Below are positions 17,128 through 27,051 of a stretch of DNA of 64,000 nucleotides, piece after piece. A program made the position numbers and the translations under genes. Location: positions 1 through 64,000 of IMG/VR virus record IMGVR_UViG_3300032046_000001; one strand, 5' to 3'. Positions within the stretch are counted from its first letter, which is position 1. Each line of letters opens with the position of its first letter. The notes below the pieces were generated by a model. That model made no database searches, was not told the DNA's origin, and saw only the letters and a list, made by a program, of their open reading frames with translations.

Positions 17128-17874
17128 CTAAGCACATGGTGGTGGATCTAAATTTAAACTCTTAGCATAATCGACACCACTATCTAAAGAGCTATCGATA
17201 TCTTCTACAATACCAAGCAAACTATCCAAAGCTGTTTCAATATTTAATTTCTGACTTGGACTCATATTAATATCTGTATATAATCTATATCTATCAAAAT
17301 TACCATCGGATAAAATATATAATTGTACTAAATAATTATTAAAAGCTGTTACTCTACTAGATATATCATCATCACAAAGAGCATCAACGCAGTCAATAAT
17401 TTGATATATTTTTGGAATCTTAGTAGTCAAGTTGAAGCCTTTGGGTCCATATTTATGAATCATACTATCAATCAATTGTGCCGCAGAAAATTCATAAAGA
17501 CCACTTGTTAGAGAATTAATTGTACTTGCGGCTAAATTTTTCGTCTCACTTTCAATACTTCTTAATAGAGTAACAGGATTTTTGAAATTTAAATCTTCAC
17601 ATAAAAATGGACAGTTTCTAATAATATTTAATATTTCTCTAATAGCAGCATCATCAATATCTGGAACAATATCATCAATATTATTATTAATATCTTCAAC
17701 TGCACTATTAATCGCACCAATAGCTGCATACTGCATAGTTTGAAGTGTTGTTTTTATTGTATTTATTGGTCCATAAACAGCAGCTTTGACTATAGCCAGT
17801 AATTTTAAAACAGCATCAAATTCAGTTATTAACTTTTTACACACAGTATTTCGTACTAGGGTTAATGTTGACAT
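17128..17874 (-). CDS. Hypothetical helical protein, probably structural
   Basis: 248-aa ORF in the baseplate neighbourhood. Confidence 0.6.
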   Translation of the reverse strand: MSTLTLVRNTVCKKLITEFDAVLKLLAIVKAAVYGPINTIKTTLQTMQYAAIGAINSAVEDINNNIDDIVPDIDDAAIREILNIIRNCPFLCEDLNFKNPVTLLRSIESETKNLAASTINSLTSGLYEFSAAQLIDSMIHKYGPKGFNLTTKIPKIYQIIDCVDALCDDDISSRVTAFNNYLVQLYILSDGNFDRYRLYTDINMSPSQKLNIETALDSLLGIVEDIDSSLDSGVDYAKSLNLDPPPCA

Positions 17875-18506
17875 TATTCACCATCCAGTTTTATATGACA
17901 CCATATTTTTCCTAATTTTATTAATGAAATTGTTTGTCTACAAACTCCAAATATATTAGCGATTTCTGTCTGAGTTATTTTTAACTGTTTTATAATTGGA
18001 GAATTTGAAATTTGATATATTGTCTTAACTTGCCATTCTTCTAATTTTGAATTATTATTACTTTCTCCATTTTGAACTGAATTTTCACTCATTTTCTTTC
18101 TAGTTTTTTCTGAAGGGTGTTTTCCAAAAAGCACATGATTTTCACCTTTTGGATTATGATATATACTATGCTCTATTTTAGGCATTTTTTTTAAATTATT
18201 AATAAAATTATCTTCTTTATTTTCATTTATATGATGAACATCATAACCTTTTCCTAATTTTTCTTTGAAGGTTTCATAAACAAGATGATGAATTTTTTTA
18301 TTTAGTTTTTTATTTTTATTATATAATCTCAAACATAAATATTTCTGTTTTTTATATGGTTTTAATATGTTTCCATTTATCTTATTATACTTAAAACTTT
18401 TAATTCTACCAAAATTACTAACTTCATAATCTGGACAATCTTCTATAACTTTCCATATTTCATTTTCTAAATCATTAATATTTAAATTTTTATAAATTTC
18501 ACTCAT
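17874..18506 (-). CDS. NUMOD4-HNH homing-type endonuclease
   Basis: EIWKVIED.PDYEVSNFGRIKS; DVHHINENKEDNFINNL; C-terminal HTH ITQTEIANIFGV. Confidence 0.9.
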   Translation of the reverse strand: MSEIYKNLNINDLENEIWKVIEDCPDYEVSNFGRIKSFKYNKINGNILKPYKKQKYLCLRLYNKNKKLNKKIHHLVYETFKEKLGKGYDVHHINENKEDNFINNLKKMPKIEHSIYHNPKGENHVLFGKHPSEKTRKKMSENSVQNGESNNNSKLEEWQVKTIYQISNSPIIKQLKITQTEIANIFGVCRQTISLIKLGKIWCHIKLDGE

Positions 18507-18518
18507 ATTTTAAATTTC

Positions 18519-19514
18519 CTATGTTTCTCGATCACCTTTAGGATTCGCAGCACTCGCTGAACTGGCCGTATCAGCGTTTGTTGCTGGTGTTGATGATCCA
18601 CTATTACTACTAACAATAGGCGCATCAACCGATATTGTCGCGGCAGACATTAAACTCAATGATCCAATTGCTTGCTCATTAATATTAAGACCACCCATGA
18701 CATTGTAGTTCATCACAGATTCAGATTTTAAATTAGCACCAGCTTTTAAACTCAAATCATCACCACTTTCACAGTTTAACGCATCACCAGATTTTAAATT
18801 TAAATTACTACCAGATTCACAATTAAGATTATTAGTTGATTTTAAGTGAATATTTTTCCCAGTTATTTTAATATCACCATCAGATTTGATTTCAATTCCA
18901 CTTTTAAAATATGCCTGTAATTTTTGTTGGTCGATGTCAATGTGAAAGAAATCACCTTTATATGTTCTTATAAGAACTTTTTGTTTTCCATCTCTTTCAT
19001 CGAAAAAAATAGTCGTTTGATTATCATCTATAGTATATACCGAGTCGGTATCACCAGATGGTGGAGTTGATATTTGTCTTTTTTTACCTGTTATCTCAAC
19101 TCTGGCATCATCAGGATCATCACTAACTACAATACATCTTCCATCATGTGATTTAAAAATAACCCATTTTTCAAATGGGTTAGTTCCAAGTTGATTTTCT
19201 GGAAGAACTTTAGCGTTTTTCAAATTTAGTGCCGCAAAATAATATGGCCTATTAATATTTCCTTTTTCAAAAAAAATGAGAACCCATGAATTTTTTGGTG
19301 GTATATAACTTGTTCCAGCATAATAAGGATCTTCTGTTGATTCTGAATTTCTTCCACCTATTGGGTTATTTGCTGGAAGTGCCCATATACCTTCTGTTTC
19401 AGATAATTCACCCATAACATCAGGAATCCAGACCATTACTTGACCAAATTTTTCTGGATCATTGTTATCAACTACTTTTGCTCTATAAATATCATGATAT
19501 TCAAAATTTTTCAT
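18519..19514 (-). CDS. Baseplate hub/spike protein (T4 gp5/VgrG-like)
   Basis: YRAKVVDNNDPEKFGQVMVWIP..WALP..PPKNSWVLIFFEKGNINRPYY OB-fold, then beta-helix repeats (LNLKSG, LNCESG). Confidence 0.85.
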   Translation of the reverse strand: MKNFEYHDIYRAKVVDNNDPEKFGQVMVWIPDVMGELSETEGIWALPANNPIGGRNSESTEDPYYAGTSYIPPKNSWVLIFFEKGNINRPYYFAALNLKNAKVLPENQLGTNPFEKWVIFKSHDGRCIVVSDDPDDARVEITGKKRQISTPPSGDTDSVYTIDDNQTTIFFDERDGKQKVLIRTYKGDFFHIDIDQQKLQAYFKSGIEIKSDGDIKITGKNIHLKSTNNLNCESGSNLNLKSGDALNCESGDDLSLKAGANLKSESVMNYNVMGGLNINEQAIGSLSLMSAATISVDAPIVSSNSGSSTPATNADTASSASAANPKGDRET

Positions 19515-19525
19515 TTTAATCTCTA

Positions 19526-20416
19526 TTATTTCTTAAAAATCCCTTTTGATATTTCGAGTATTTTCGAATATTCTGATTCATTATACTTGGAAATAAAAGT
19601 TGGAACAATATTTGAACCAGATAGTGAACTTGTTGTAATGATTGATATAAATCTCGACAAATCTTCTAAAGCTGGAAGAAAACCATATCCAAAAAGTTTT
19701 AATATTTTAGATGAAAAAATATATGGGTTAATTCCAGGCATCACTTTAAAATGACTCAATGAATTGATAAAATCCTTGATTTGATAAAAATCAAAATTAT
19801 CCAATTCATCCATACTGAGTGATTTATAATTGAATGTTGATGCTGTTCCTGAAAGTTTATACATTGATTCATTATCAACATCAAAAAAGGATTTTAAAAT
19901 ATAACAATTCGTTAAAAATTTTAATTTGGGAATTTCGGTAGAGTATATACCTAATAAACCATAATCTTTACCGAATAATCTGATAAAAATACTCATGAGA
20001 AAATTTGATATTGTCACAAAATATTTTTGATCTATCTTATACTTACCTGAAACTAACTTGGCAAAACATACAGTGTATACCAATGCTGCATATATGTTTT
20101 TAGGATCATATCTAGATAAATCAGTTGAACCCATTGATTGTAAATTAATAATCATCCCATCTGTAGTTGTATTATATGTCACAGGCAATAAATATTTTGG
20201 AATATTAACAATCTCAATTTTTTCTCTTTTTTTAATATCAGATATTAAATTAAAAATTACTGGTTTCGTAAAATGATCTATTCTATTTTCGATTAACTTT
20301 AAAATAACAAATATTTTTCTTGGTCCACCTTCTGTTTTATAACTATCAATCACGGATCTTGAAAGACTTAAAATATTTGGTAGATCCTTTAACAAACTAA
20401 ATTCTTTTTTTATCAT
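19526..20416 (-). CDS. Hypothetical protein
   Basis: 296-aa ORF with SD. Confidence 0.7.
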   Translation of the reverse strand: MIKKEFSLLKDLPNILSLSRSVIDSYKTEGGPRKIFVILKLIENRIDHFTKPVIFNLISDIKKREKIEIVNIPKYLLPVTYNTTTDGMIINLQSMGSTDLSRYDPKNIYAALVYTVCFAKLVSGKYKIDQKYFVTISNFLMSIFIRLFGKDYGLLGIYSTEIPKLKFLTNCYILKSFFDVDNESMYKLSGTASTFNYKSLSMDELDNFDFYQIKDFINSLSHFKVMPGINPYIFSSKILKLFGYGFLPALEDLSRFISIITTSSLSGSNIVPTFISKYNESEYSKILEISKGIFKK

Positions 20417-20430
20417 TTTACTATATTCCT

Positions 20431-20823
20431 TTATAAAGAAACAGATGTCAGTTCTGAAGGAGGAACTTTAGTAAAATTGTCTTTACAGATAGTAACAATA
20501 GATTGAAATGACGGAATTACTACTGTACTCATAGTAAAATCTTCTTTACTAAAGACATTATTAACGTACATTAAAACCAGCCATAATGACGGATTCCCGT
20601 ACTCATCAATTGAGAGATATTCCGGCTTCATAAAATATTTCGTATCCAATTTTTTTTCTACTGAATATTTTAACAAATAGAATAAATTTTTTTCTAACGT
20701 ATAGATATTGGGATTTGGAAATATATAAATCCCATTATCTGTACGCAGTCTTTCTCTCATATTATCGAAGTCAATACTTTGTATACTATATCGTCTGCTC
20801 TCATCATCAATAGTTACACTCAT
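20431..20823 (-). CDS. Baseplate wedge protein (gp53/LysM-like)
   Basis: KPEYLSIDEYGNPSLWLVLMYVNN...VVIP. Confidence 0.65.
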   Translation of the reverse strand: MSVTIDDESRRYSIQSIDFDNMRERLRTDNGIYIFPNPNIYTLEKNLFYLLKYSVEKKLDTKYFMKPEYLSIDEYGNPSLWLVLMYVNNVFSKEDFTMSTVVIPSFQSIVTICKDNFTKVPPSELTSVSL

Positions 20824-21455
20824 GACATCCCAACTTTCTCATATACATCATCAATATTTAGACCTGGATAATTATCTTTCTCCCATTTAATATTGGAGCA
20901 AGTTACCGCCATTCTCTCATTAATAACTTCCATATCACTATCATCAATATATTGACCATACTCTTCTATAAATAATCTATAACTTCCCTTAATTAAACCA
21001 ATAGGGATTTTTAAAAATCCAGCATGAAATTTTTCATGTATTGTTTTAACAAGAGGAATATATCCAAGTTGATTACAGAAATGAATTCTCATAACTTCTG
21101 ATGCAACATCAAAACTACTAAAAGACTCATTAGTATCTATTTTTTTATTAATGACCGTCTTAGTAATTGAAAATAATGAAATTGGATGATGATGAATATC
21201 AATTGATACCTCGTCATTGATTTCATGCGTTACAAAACAAAAATTATTTTTAAGTACATTTACCAAGTAGTCACGCCATTCCTTGTATTCTGGACACATA
21301 CGAATTAACTTTTCACAATTTTTAGTAAATTTAAAAAATTCTTTTTCATTTTCAAAATTACTAATTTTTAATGAAATACTAAATGGATAATCATCACTAT
21401 ATAATTCAAGTTTATCAACATTTGATAATATACTGGTATCGATTTGTTCATTCAT
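20820..21455 (-). CDS. Hypothetical protein
   Basis: ORF with SD; C..T...IDIHHHP...HEKFH is a possible HNH-like fold. Confidence 0.65.
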   Translation of the reverse strand: MNEQIDTSILSNVDKLELYSDDYPFSISLKISNFENEKEFFKFTKNCEKLIRMCPEYKEWRDYLVNVLKNNFCFVTHEINDEVSIDIHHHPISLFSITKTVINKKIDTNESFSSFDVASEVMRIHFCNQLGYIPLVKTIHEKFHAGFLKIPIGLIKGSYRLFIEEYGQYIDDSDMEVINERMAVTCSNIKWEKDNYPGLNIDDVYEKVGMS

Positions 21456-21467
21456 TTTTAACTCCCT

Positions 21468-22451
21468 TTAGACAAGATATTTATCAAGTTTTTCCAGGGT
21501 GGTTGTTTCAGTAACAATCTTTCCAGGTTTTTTCATTAATTTAAAAAATGGACTAGATGACTTTTTAACATCTTCTAAATCGTCAAAAACTTTACCATAC
21601 TCAGAACCCAATGCACTATACATGAAATTATATTGAACCGTAGAACACAAACCTTGAAATTCTTTCATACAGAAGTATGCTCTCTTATTAACATCATCAC
21701 AGATAACAAACGAAGACCAACCTAAACTATATAATCTTCTTATATTCGCGGTCCTCTCTAAGAAACTATATCCAAGATCCATCATATTCAAAACAGTAAA
21801 AATATTGTCTTTATGTACTGTTCTTGCCATAATAACATCTTTCTTTGGATCACCACTTATAGTTAATTGGGTAAAAGGAAGATGTGTCCAACGTACAACT
21901 GCCCACATTGTTTTGAGAAATTTTCTTCCGAGAATGGATAGTCTTGATTGAAGGAAATTCATTGATTGATCTGACATGATTAAATCGATAAGAGCAGCAT
22001 CAGACTGAACAGGAAACGGAATTGTTTTAATACCAGCGATTCTTGTACCAGCAAAAGTATCAACTTTAATCCATGTAGGTTCTAAACTTACAGAACTAAA
22101 ACTTGGTGGTTCTACTTTAACATCAATTTTTACTGTCGCTTTTTCACCTTGAGATATTTTCTTATCTTTTTCTGGTGCAGCGGGCATATTAATAACAACA
22201 CTTGGTGGTTTCTTACCTTGTTCTAATATGACACCATCGTCACTTCTATGATCATTTGTCTCAGCTTCATGTAGTTTTAACATACCTTTCTGAAAGAATA
22301 ATGATCTTTTACCTCTTGCAAAATTATTCGCAGCTTTGACAATATCATCCATCTTATAAATTAACACAAACTTCTCAATTACTTTTGAAATACCCGGCAA
22401 AACATTTGCGGAGACATTACTAGATACCAACATTGGGTAAACCACAATCAT
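21468..22451 (-). CDS. Hypothetical protein, probably structural
   Basis: SD GAGGAGG inside the upstream endonuclease gene precedes MIVVYPM (ATG at 22451). Confidence 0.65.
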   Translation of the reverse strand: MIVVYPMLVSSNVSANVLPGISKVIEKFVLIYKMDDIVKAANNFARGKRSLFFQKGMLKLHEAETNDHRSDDGVILEQGKKPPSVVINMPAAPEKDKKISQGEKATVKIDVKVEPPSFSSVSLEPTWIKVDTFAGTRIAGIKTIPFPVQSDAALIDLIMSDQSMNFLQSRLSILGRKFLKTMWAVVRWTHLPFTQLTISGDPKKDVIMARTVHKDNIFTVLNMMDLGYSFLERTANIRRLYSLGWSSFVICDDVNKRAYFCMKEFQGLCSTVQYNFMYSALGSEYGKVFDDLEDVKKSSSPFFKLMKKPGKIVTETTTLEKLDKYLV

Positions 22452-23035
22452 CTTAAATCCTCCTCTATATGATTCCAATTCCTTTTATTTTTAATATTAG
22501 AAATTGTCAATCGACTAACTCCAAACATATCAGCTATTTCTTGTTGAGTTAATATTCCTTCTTTTAATAATAATTTTATTTGAATAACTTGTTCTTCTGT
22601 TAATTTATGATTTGGATGATTTTCTCCTTTGACATTATAATGATTTTTAGACATTAATTTTTTTGTTTTGTCAGAAAAATGTTTACCCAAATTTGGACTA
22701 TTATTTTTATTATTATGAAAACTATTATGTTCTAATTTTGGCATTAATTTTAAATTTTCTAAATTATTATTTTCTTTATCTCCATTAATATGATGAATAC
22801 ATTCATCATTCTTTAATTTATAATTATTAAAAGTTTCATAAACTAATCTATGAATATAATTTAAATTATATTCATTATTTTCTTTATATAGCTTTATATT
22901 ATAATACTCATTAATATTTTTTAATTTTTTTAATATTTTACCACATTTATACCTTTTAAAACTTTTAATTCTGCCTAAATTACTTATAAGGTAATCTCCA
23001 TTGTATCCATCGATTTCTTTCCAAGTTTCATTCAT
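22448..23035 (-). CDS. NUMOD4-HNH homing-type endonuclease
   Basis: ETWKEIDGYNGDYLISNLGRIKS; HRLVYETF; CIHHINGDKENNNLENL; HTH LTQQEIADMFGVSR. Confidence 0.9.
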   Translation of the reverse strand: MNETWKEIDGYNGDYLISNLGRIKSFKRYKCGKILKKLKNINEYYNIKLYKENNEYNLNYIHRLVYETFNNYKLKNDECIHHINGDKENNNLENLKLMPKLEHNSFHNNKNNSPNLGKHFSDKTKKLMSKNHYNVKGENHPNHKLTEEQVIQIKLLLKEGILTQQEIADMFGVSRLTISNIKNKRNWNHIEEDLR

Positions 23036-23047
23036 ACTATCTCCAAT

Positions 23048-23899
23048 TTAAAGTATAAATTTTGATTTTGGTTTAATATTTTCTATATTTTCTTTACAGT
23101 ATTTTTTATATGGGCAGAATGTACAATCACTCGTATTTTCTTCTCTTGGAAGAGTATTTTTCTTCAAACTATCAGAAATGATAAATGATTTATTCAAAAA
23201 TGATTCAGCAATTGAATCATTCAACGGTAGATTATTAAATGGAAATACAGTTTTTAAATTACGTCCAATATACACAATTGAAATATTTTTTATTTTATAA
23301 TTATAATCATTATTTAATATATACGAATAAATAAGACCTTGATGATAATGTGTTAATTCATATTTATTTTCAAATTTTTCATTATCCATTGTCTTTAACT
23401 CATATAACGTATTTCCCTTTATTGCGTCAACTCTGCCCTTTACATTATATTTTTTACTTATTACCGTTTTTTCAATCTCATCAAACTTATATAATTCTTG
23501 TACAATTTTGTGTACTAAATTTCCAACTTTTTTAATAAGATGTAGATATGAAAATTTGAATGTATTTTGAAGATCAATGTTATATTTTTTACACTGAAAA
23601 TAAACTTTTTTAGGACACGAGATCAAATCACTCACTGAAATATAAGTTTTTTCATAATTATTAGAACGGTTGTGTTCTTTAATTAATTCATTTCTCATAG
23701 CTTGTTCAAGTCTATTAATATCAAAACCTGAGTCTTCGCTATTTGAAATTGAAGGTTGAACTTGTAACTCGTGTGGAAGTTCTTGTATATGTTGAGTGTG
23801 AGGAATCTTTTCCATAAGAAAAGATTCCTCGATTTTATTTTCTGTTTTATTTTTTTCTAAATTCTCTAAGAATGCCAAAATTTCATTAAATTCGTCCAA
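23048..23899 (-). CDS. Cas4-like PD-(D/E)XK exonuclease
   Basis: SVSDLISCPKK, GNLVH, GRVDAI..ELKT, HQGLIY, CTFCPYKKYC Fe-S cysteines. Confidence 0.85.
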   Translation of the reverse strand: MDEFNEILAFLENLEKNKTENKIEESFLMEKIPHTQHIQELPHELQVQPSISNSEDSGFDINRLEQAMRNELIKEHNRSNNYEKTYISVSDLISCPKKVYFQCKKYNIDLQNTFKFSYLHLIKKVGNLVHKIVQELYKFDEIEKTVISKKYNVKGRVDAIKGNTLYELKTMDNEKFENKYELTHYHQGLIYSYILNNDYNYKIKNISIVYIGRNLKTVFPFNNLPLNDSIAESFLNKSFIISDSLKKNTLPREENTSDCTFCPYKKYCKENIENIKPKSKFIL

Positions 23900-23908
23900 A
23901 ATATCACC

Positions 23909-24145
23909 TTATTCTTTATCTTCTTTTTCTTCACTTTCTTGATATGGATTCCATTTAGAAGCTGGATATTTACCTTGGGTATAACCAGCTTTATGAAGTG
24001 CCATTTGTTTTGCGCCAGTTCTAGCAGCAACATCTTTTACTACTGAACTAGATTGTGGTTTTTTTACTATAGATGGTTTAGATGCTGTTTTAATACCAGC
24101 ACCAGTTGGATTTGGTTGTCCTGACATTATTCCAGCTTCACCCAA
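23909..24145 (-). CDS. Hypothetical protein
   Basis: Short low-complexity ORF filling the intergenic space. Confidence 0.45.
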   Translation of the reverse strand: MGEAGIMSGQPNPTGAGIKTASKPSIVKKPQSSSVVKDVAARTGAKQMALHKAGYTQGKYPASKWNPYQESEEKEDKE

Positions 24146-24174
24146 AGTCTCATCATGTAGATTATTTACCTCAG

Positions 24175-24759
24175 TTAGTTTTTTTTTACATCACGATTTA
24201 AGATCTCAAGACTTGTCTCAATTAAAGAGTCCCTCAAAATCTTATAAGCATCTTCGATGATTTTACCAGTCCACGAATTGAGTTCTTTGTAATTCGTTGA
24301 CTCATTGATCGCTCTAGATACTAAGAGATTATCGACAGCCAATGAAAAAGCTTTCTCTTTAATCCGAGTCTTAACTTCTTCCTCAAGATCAACTTTCTTA
24401 TTCTCAGTTAAACTCTCGACAAGCCTATCCTTAATACTTGTTTTACCCCGTGGAGTATCCAATAAAGAAAGAGCGTTCTTTCTAGCTTGTTTAGCACTCT
24501 TAACTGCCATCTCATTTAACTGTTTCACATTGACTTTTTCTTGAATTACTTCAGGACTGTGATCAATCAACTTGTACATCTCAATAATCGTACTCAACAA
24601 TGCACCCTTAGTTGCTACATACTCTTCAACCAAAGCTGCATTACACACTTCACAATCCTCTTTCAACTCAATGTTCTTTAATGGTTTACCAAATAAAACA
24701 TAGTCGATTGAATAAAAATTTTCAAGGATTCTGATTTTTGTTTCTTTACTTAACGACAT
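24175..24759 (-). CDS. Hypothetical protein
   Basis: Strong SD GGAGG, 194 aa. Confidence 0.7.
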   Translation of the reverse strand: MSLSKETKIRILENFYSIDYVLFGKPLKNIELKEDCEVCNAALVEEYVATKGALLSTIIEMYKLIDHSPEVIQEKVNVKQLNEMAVKSAKQARKNALSLLDTPRGKTSIKDRLVESLTENKKVDLEEEVKTRIKEKAFSLAVDNLLVSRAINESTNYKELNSWTGKIIEDAYKILRDSLIETSLEILNRDVKKN

Positions 24760-24776
24760 TGTATATCCTCCAAAAA

Positions 24777-25070
24777 TTAATTCTTTTTATAATTAAAACT
24801 AGGAACCTCATCATCTAAAATTTCCAAAGATATCTTCCTCAGATCATTTGAAAAGTGAGTGTTTTTCATGGCAGAAACAATAGTACGTAATGCCTCAATC
24901 GTTTTTCCTTTTCTACCAATAATCTTACCATAATCCAATTTGGCAGCCTTAACTTGACATATAATTGTGATTGTGCTTGTGATTATTGTGATTTCGACTT
25001 TCTCTGGTTCATCAACAAAACTACAAATAATCGGGGTTAATTTATCTTTCAAAAATTCTGATATACTCAT
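24777..25070 (-). CDS. khpA: KH-domain RNA-binding protein, KhpA/UPF0109-like
   Basis: FVDEPEKVEI...DYGKIIGRKGKTIEALRTIV...ISLEI (GxxG loop). Confidence 0.85.
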   Translation of the reverse strand: MSISEFLKDKLTPIICSFVDEPEKVEITIITSTITIICQVKAAKLDYGKIIGRKGKTIEALRTIVSAMKNTHFSNDLRKISLEILDDEVPSFNYKKN

Positions 25071-25135
25071 ATTTAATACTCCTTACACGTTTTTTTGCCA
25101 ATTTTAATTTTTTTTTGAAAATTATTTTTCATTTA

Positions 25136-25150
25136 TATTTTGTTCCCAAT
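25136..25150 (-). promoter_or_regulatory. Intergenic 15-mer ATTGGGAACAAAATA, copy 1 (candidate phage promoter)
   Basis: Identical 15-mer at 35253-35267 and 49760-49774; all three are at gene boundaries on the same strand. Confidence 0.55.
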
Positions 25151-25160
25151 ACTTACATTC

Positions 25161-25787
25161 CTACTTTCCAGTACTTCCAAAACCACCATCTCCACGTTCA
25201 GTATCATCCAATTCATTAACTTCAGTAATTTTAAGTACATTAGATGAAAGAACAGGACAGATAACACCCTGAGCGATACGATCTCCAGCCTTGATTTGAT
25301 AACCATCTTGACTAATACCAAAATGAATAGTTTGTTCATTTTCATTAAAATATGTACATTGATTTAAATTATACTTAACGACAGTCATAGGAATGATTAA
25401 TTCACCTCTATAGTCATTATCAATAGTACATGGAGTATTAGGCATCGTAACACCAAATTTTCTAGCGAGACCAGAACGTGGGCGAATCTGCATTTCAAAA
25501 GTAAATGGATAGGTTTCATCAGGATTGGGGAGTTGAACACACAGTCCTGTTCGAACTGGTGTAATAACTCCAGGAACTAAATAACAATCTTCAATAGATA
25601 CTAAGTCAAACCCTGAAGAACTTGGGGTTGAAAACTTAGGAATAACAGCAGATTCGTGCATCTTTTTGAAAGACACACAAATCTCCGTTTCTATAACAGG
25701 AATATGAGCTTCACAAGCTTGTTCCTGTAATAGTCTAACTAAATCAATTTCATTCACATTCTCACCTATAATTGGTATATTATTCAT
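25161..25787 (-). CDS. dut: Trimeric dUTPase
   Basis: SGFDL, QIRPRSGLA, TIDNDYRGEL, GDRIAQ, RGDGGFGSTG. Confidence 0.95.
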   Translation of the reverse strand: MNNIPIIGENVNEIDLVRLLQEQACEAHIPVIETEICVSFKKMHESAVIPKFSTPSSSGFDLVSIEDCYLVPGVITPVRTGLCVQLPNPDETYPFTFEMQIRPRSGLARKFGVTMPNTPCTIDNDYRGELIIPMTVVKYNLNQCTYFNENEQTIHFGISQDGYQIKAGDRIAQGVICPVLSSNVLKITEVNELDDTERGDGGFGSTGK

Positions 25788-25800
25788 TATTCATTTCTCC

Positions 25801-27051
25801 TTATAATTCGTTTGGTTCGAGTATTTCTTTACGGATTGTATCTTTCACCAATTCGTCAAATGCGGTTCTAAAATCCATATCGGTCTCATATGTAATTGGA
25901 GCTTCTTTAACACGATATTTCTTGGTTGGATAATTTAGTAAATTATGCCATTGCCCTGTATCAATTTTCTTCTTATCCATTAAAAATTTATAATTAGACC
26001 AAAAATTTGAAAACCCGTGATTTAAACCACCTATAATTTCTACCTCAATATTTGAGGGATATAATTTGTTTTTAATGCATTTCATACTAGACATTATTCC
26101 ATTATATCCAATTTTTTCAACAAGTTTACTATCAAAACTTTTTTGTTTTAAATCGATTAACTGAAAAGTATTAAATTTGATCGATTTACCACCGGGCATA
26201 TTTTGATTTTGATTCATATATTTTAAATCATTAGTTGGTTTATTATACGGATTAATTGAAATTATATCTCTCAACTGATTAATAGCCAATAAACAAACAT
26301 TATACTGACTCAATTTCATAACGTACTTTGGAACCAAGAATGAATATAATCTTGATTTAAATCCCATTACTTTGTTAAGATCATCCGTCTCTAATTCTTT
26401 GTTACACATTGTATTTGCGATTGAATCCCAAACAACTATTGCTGGTCTATCCTCTTTTCTTTTATCTTTAAAAGTACACAAACTTTCTAAAAGTTGAAAA
26501 AGTTTTTCAACAGTAACACCAACGTGTGGTCTAATTTTAGGTTGGACAACACCAAGATTAAATAATCGAGCAACCGACATTGAATACTCAGCATCTAAAT
26601 ATATTATTGCAATATCACCACTATATTTTTTTTGTATGTTTCCTAAAAATTGACCAACAAACATTGATTTACCAGAACCTGGAGGTCCAATAACAACATT
26701 TAAAGCACCACTTGCAAATCCTCCTCCTAAAATACCATCAACAAGATCAATACCAGTTGGAAGAATATCTTTCACTCCAGTATCGAGTTTCAAATCTGTT
26801 GTTTTTTCTAAAAAATTATATAATTCATCATATAATTCTTTGACATCATCTGGGGATGCTTCAAATGTCTCATCTTCAGTCATGGATGATATATCTGAGG
26901 TATTTGTTTTTGATTTTCGTTTCTTTCTTGGTTTTACAACAACCTCATCGATATTTTTTAATTGAATATCACTTAATACAGCATTCTTGTCAATTTCCAC
27001 CTGAACAAATTCTGATTCTTCTCCACTATATTCTAATTCTTCATCATTCAT
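25801..27051 (-). CDS. recA: RecA/UvsX-like recombinase
   Basis: PTGIDLVDGILGGG, GPPGSGKS, YLDAE, VVWDSIA, INQLR, PGGKSIKF, KNK. Confidence 0.9.
   Translation of the reverse strand: MNDEELEYSGEESEFVQVEIDKNAVLSDIQLKNIDEVVVKPRKKRKSKTNTSDISSMTEDETFEASPDDVKELYDELYNFLEKTTDLKLDTGVKDILPTGIDLVDGILGGGFASGALNVVIGPPGSGKSMFVGQFLGNIQKKYSGDIAIIYLDAEYSMSVARLFNLGVVQPKIRPHVGVTVEKLFQLLESLCTFKDKRKEDRPAIVVWDSIANTMCNKELETDDLNKVMGFKSRLYSFLVPKYVMKLSQYNVCLLAINQLRDIISINPYNKPTNDLKYMNQNQNMPGGKSIKFNTFQLIDLKQKSFDSKLVEKIGYNGIMSSMKCIKNKLYPSNIEVEIIGGLNHGFSNFWSNYKFLMDKKKIDTGQWHNLLNYPTKKYRVKEAPITYETDMDFRTAFDELVKDTIRKEILEPNEL

Noticed and set aside
17874-18519. Group I introns or inteins housing the endonucleases
   Set aside because: The endonuclease genes sit between complete genes with minimal spacers. 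No interrupted host gene, intron core or intein termini were recognised, including in rpoB, rpoC, nrdD and recA.
23048-23899. CRISPR-Cas system
   Set aside because: Only a solo Cas4-like nuclease is present; no repeat-spacer array or other cas genes were seen.
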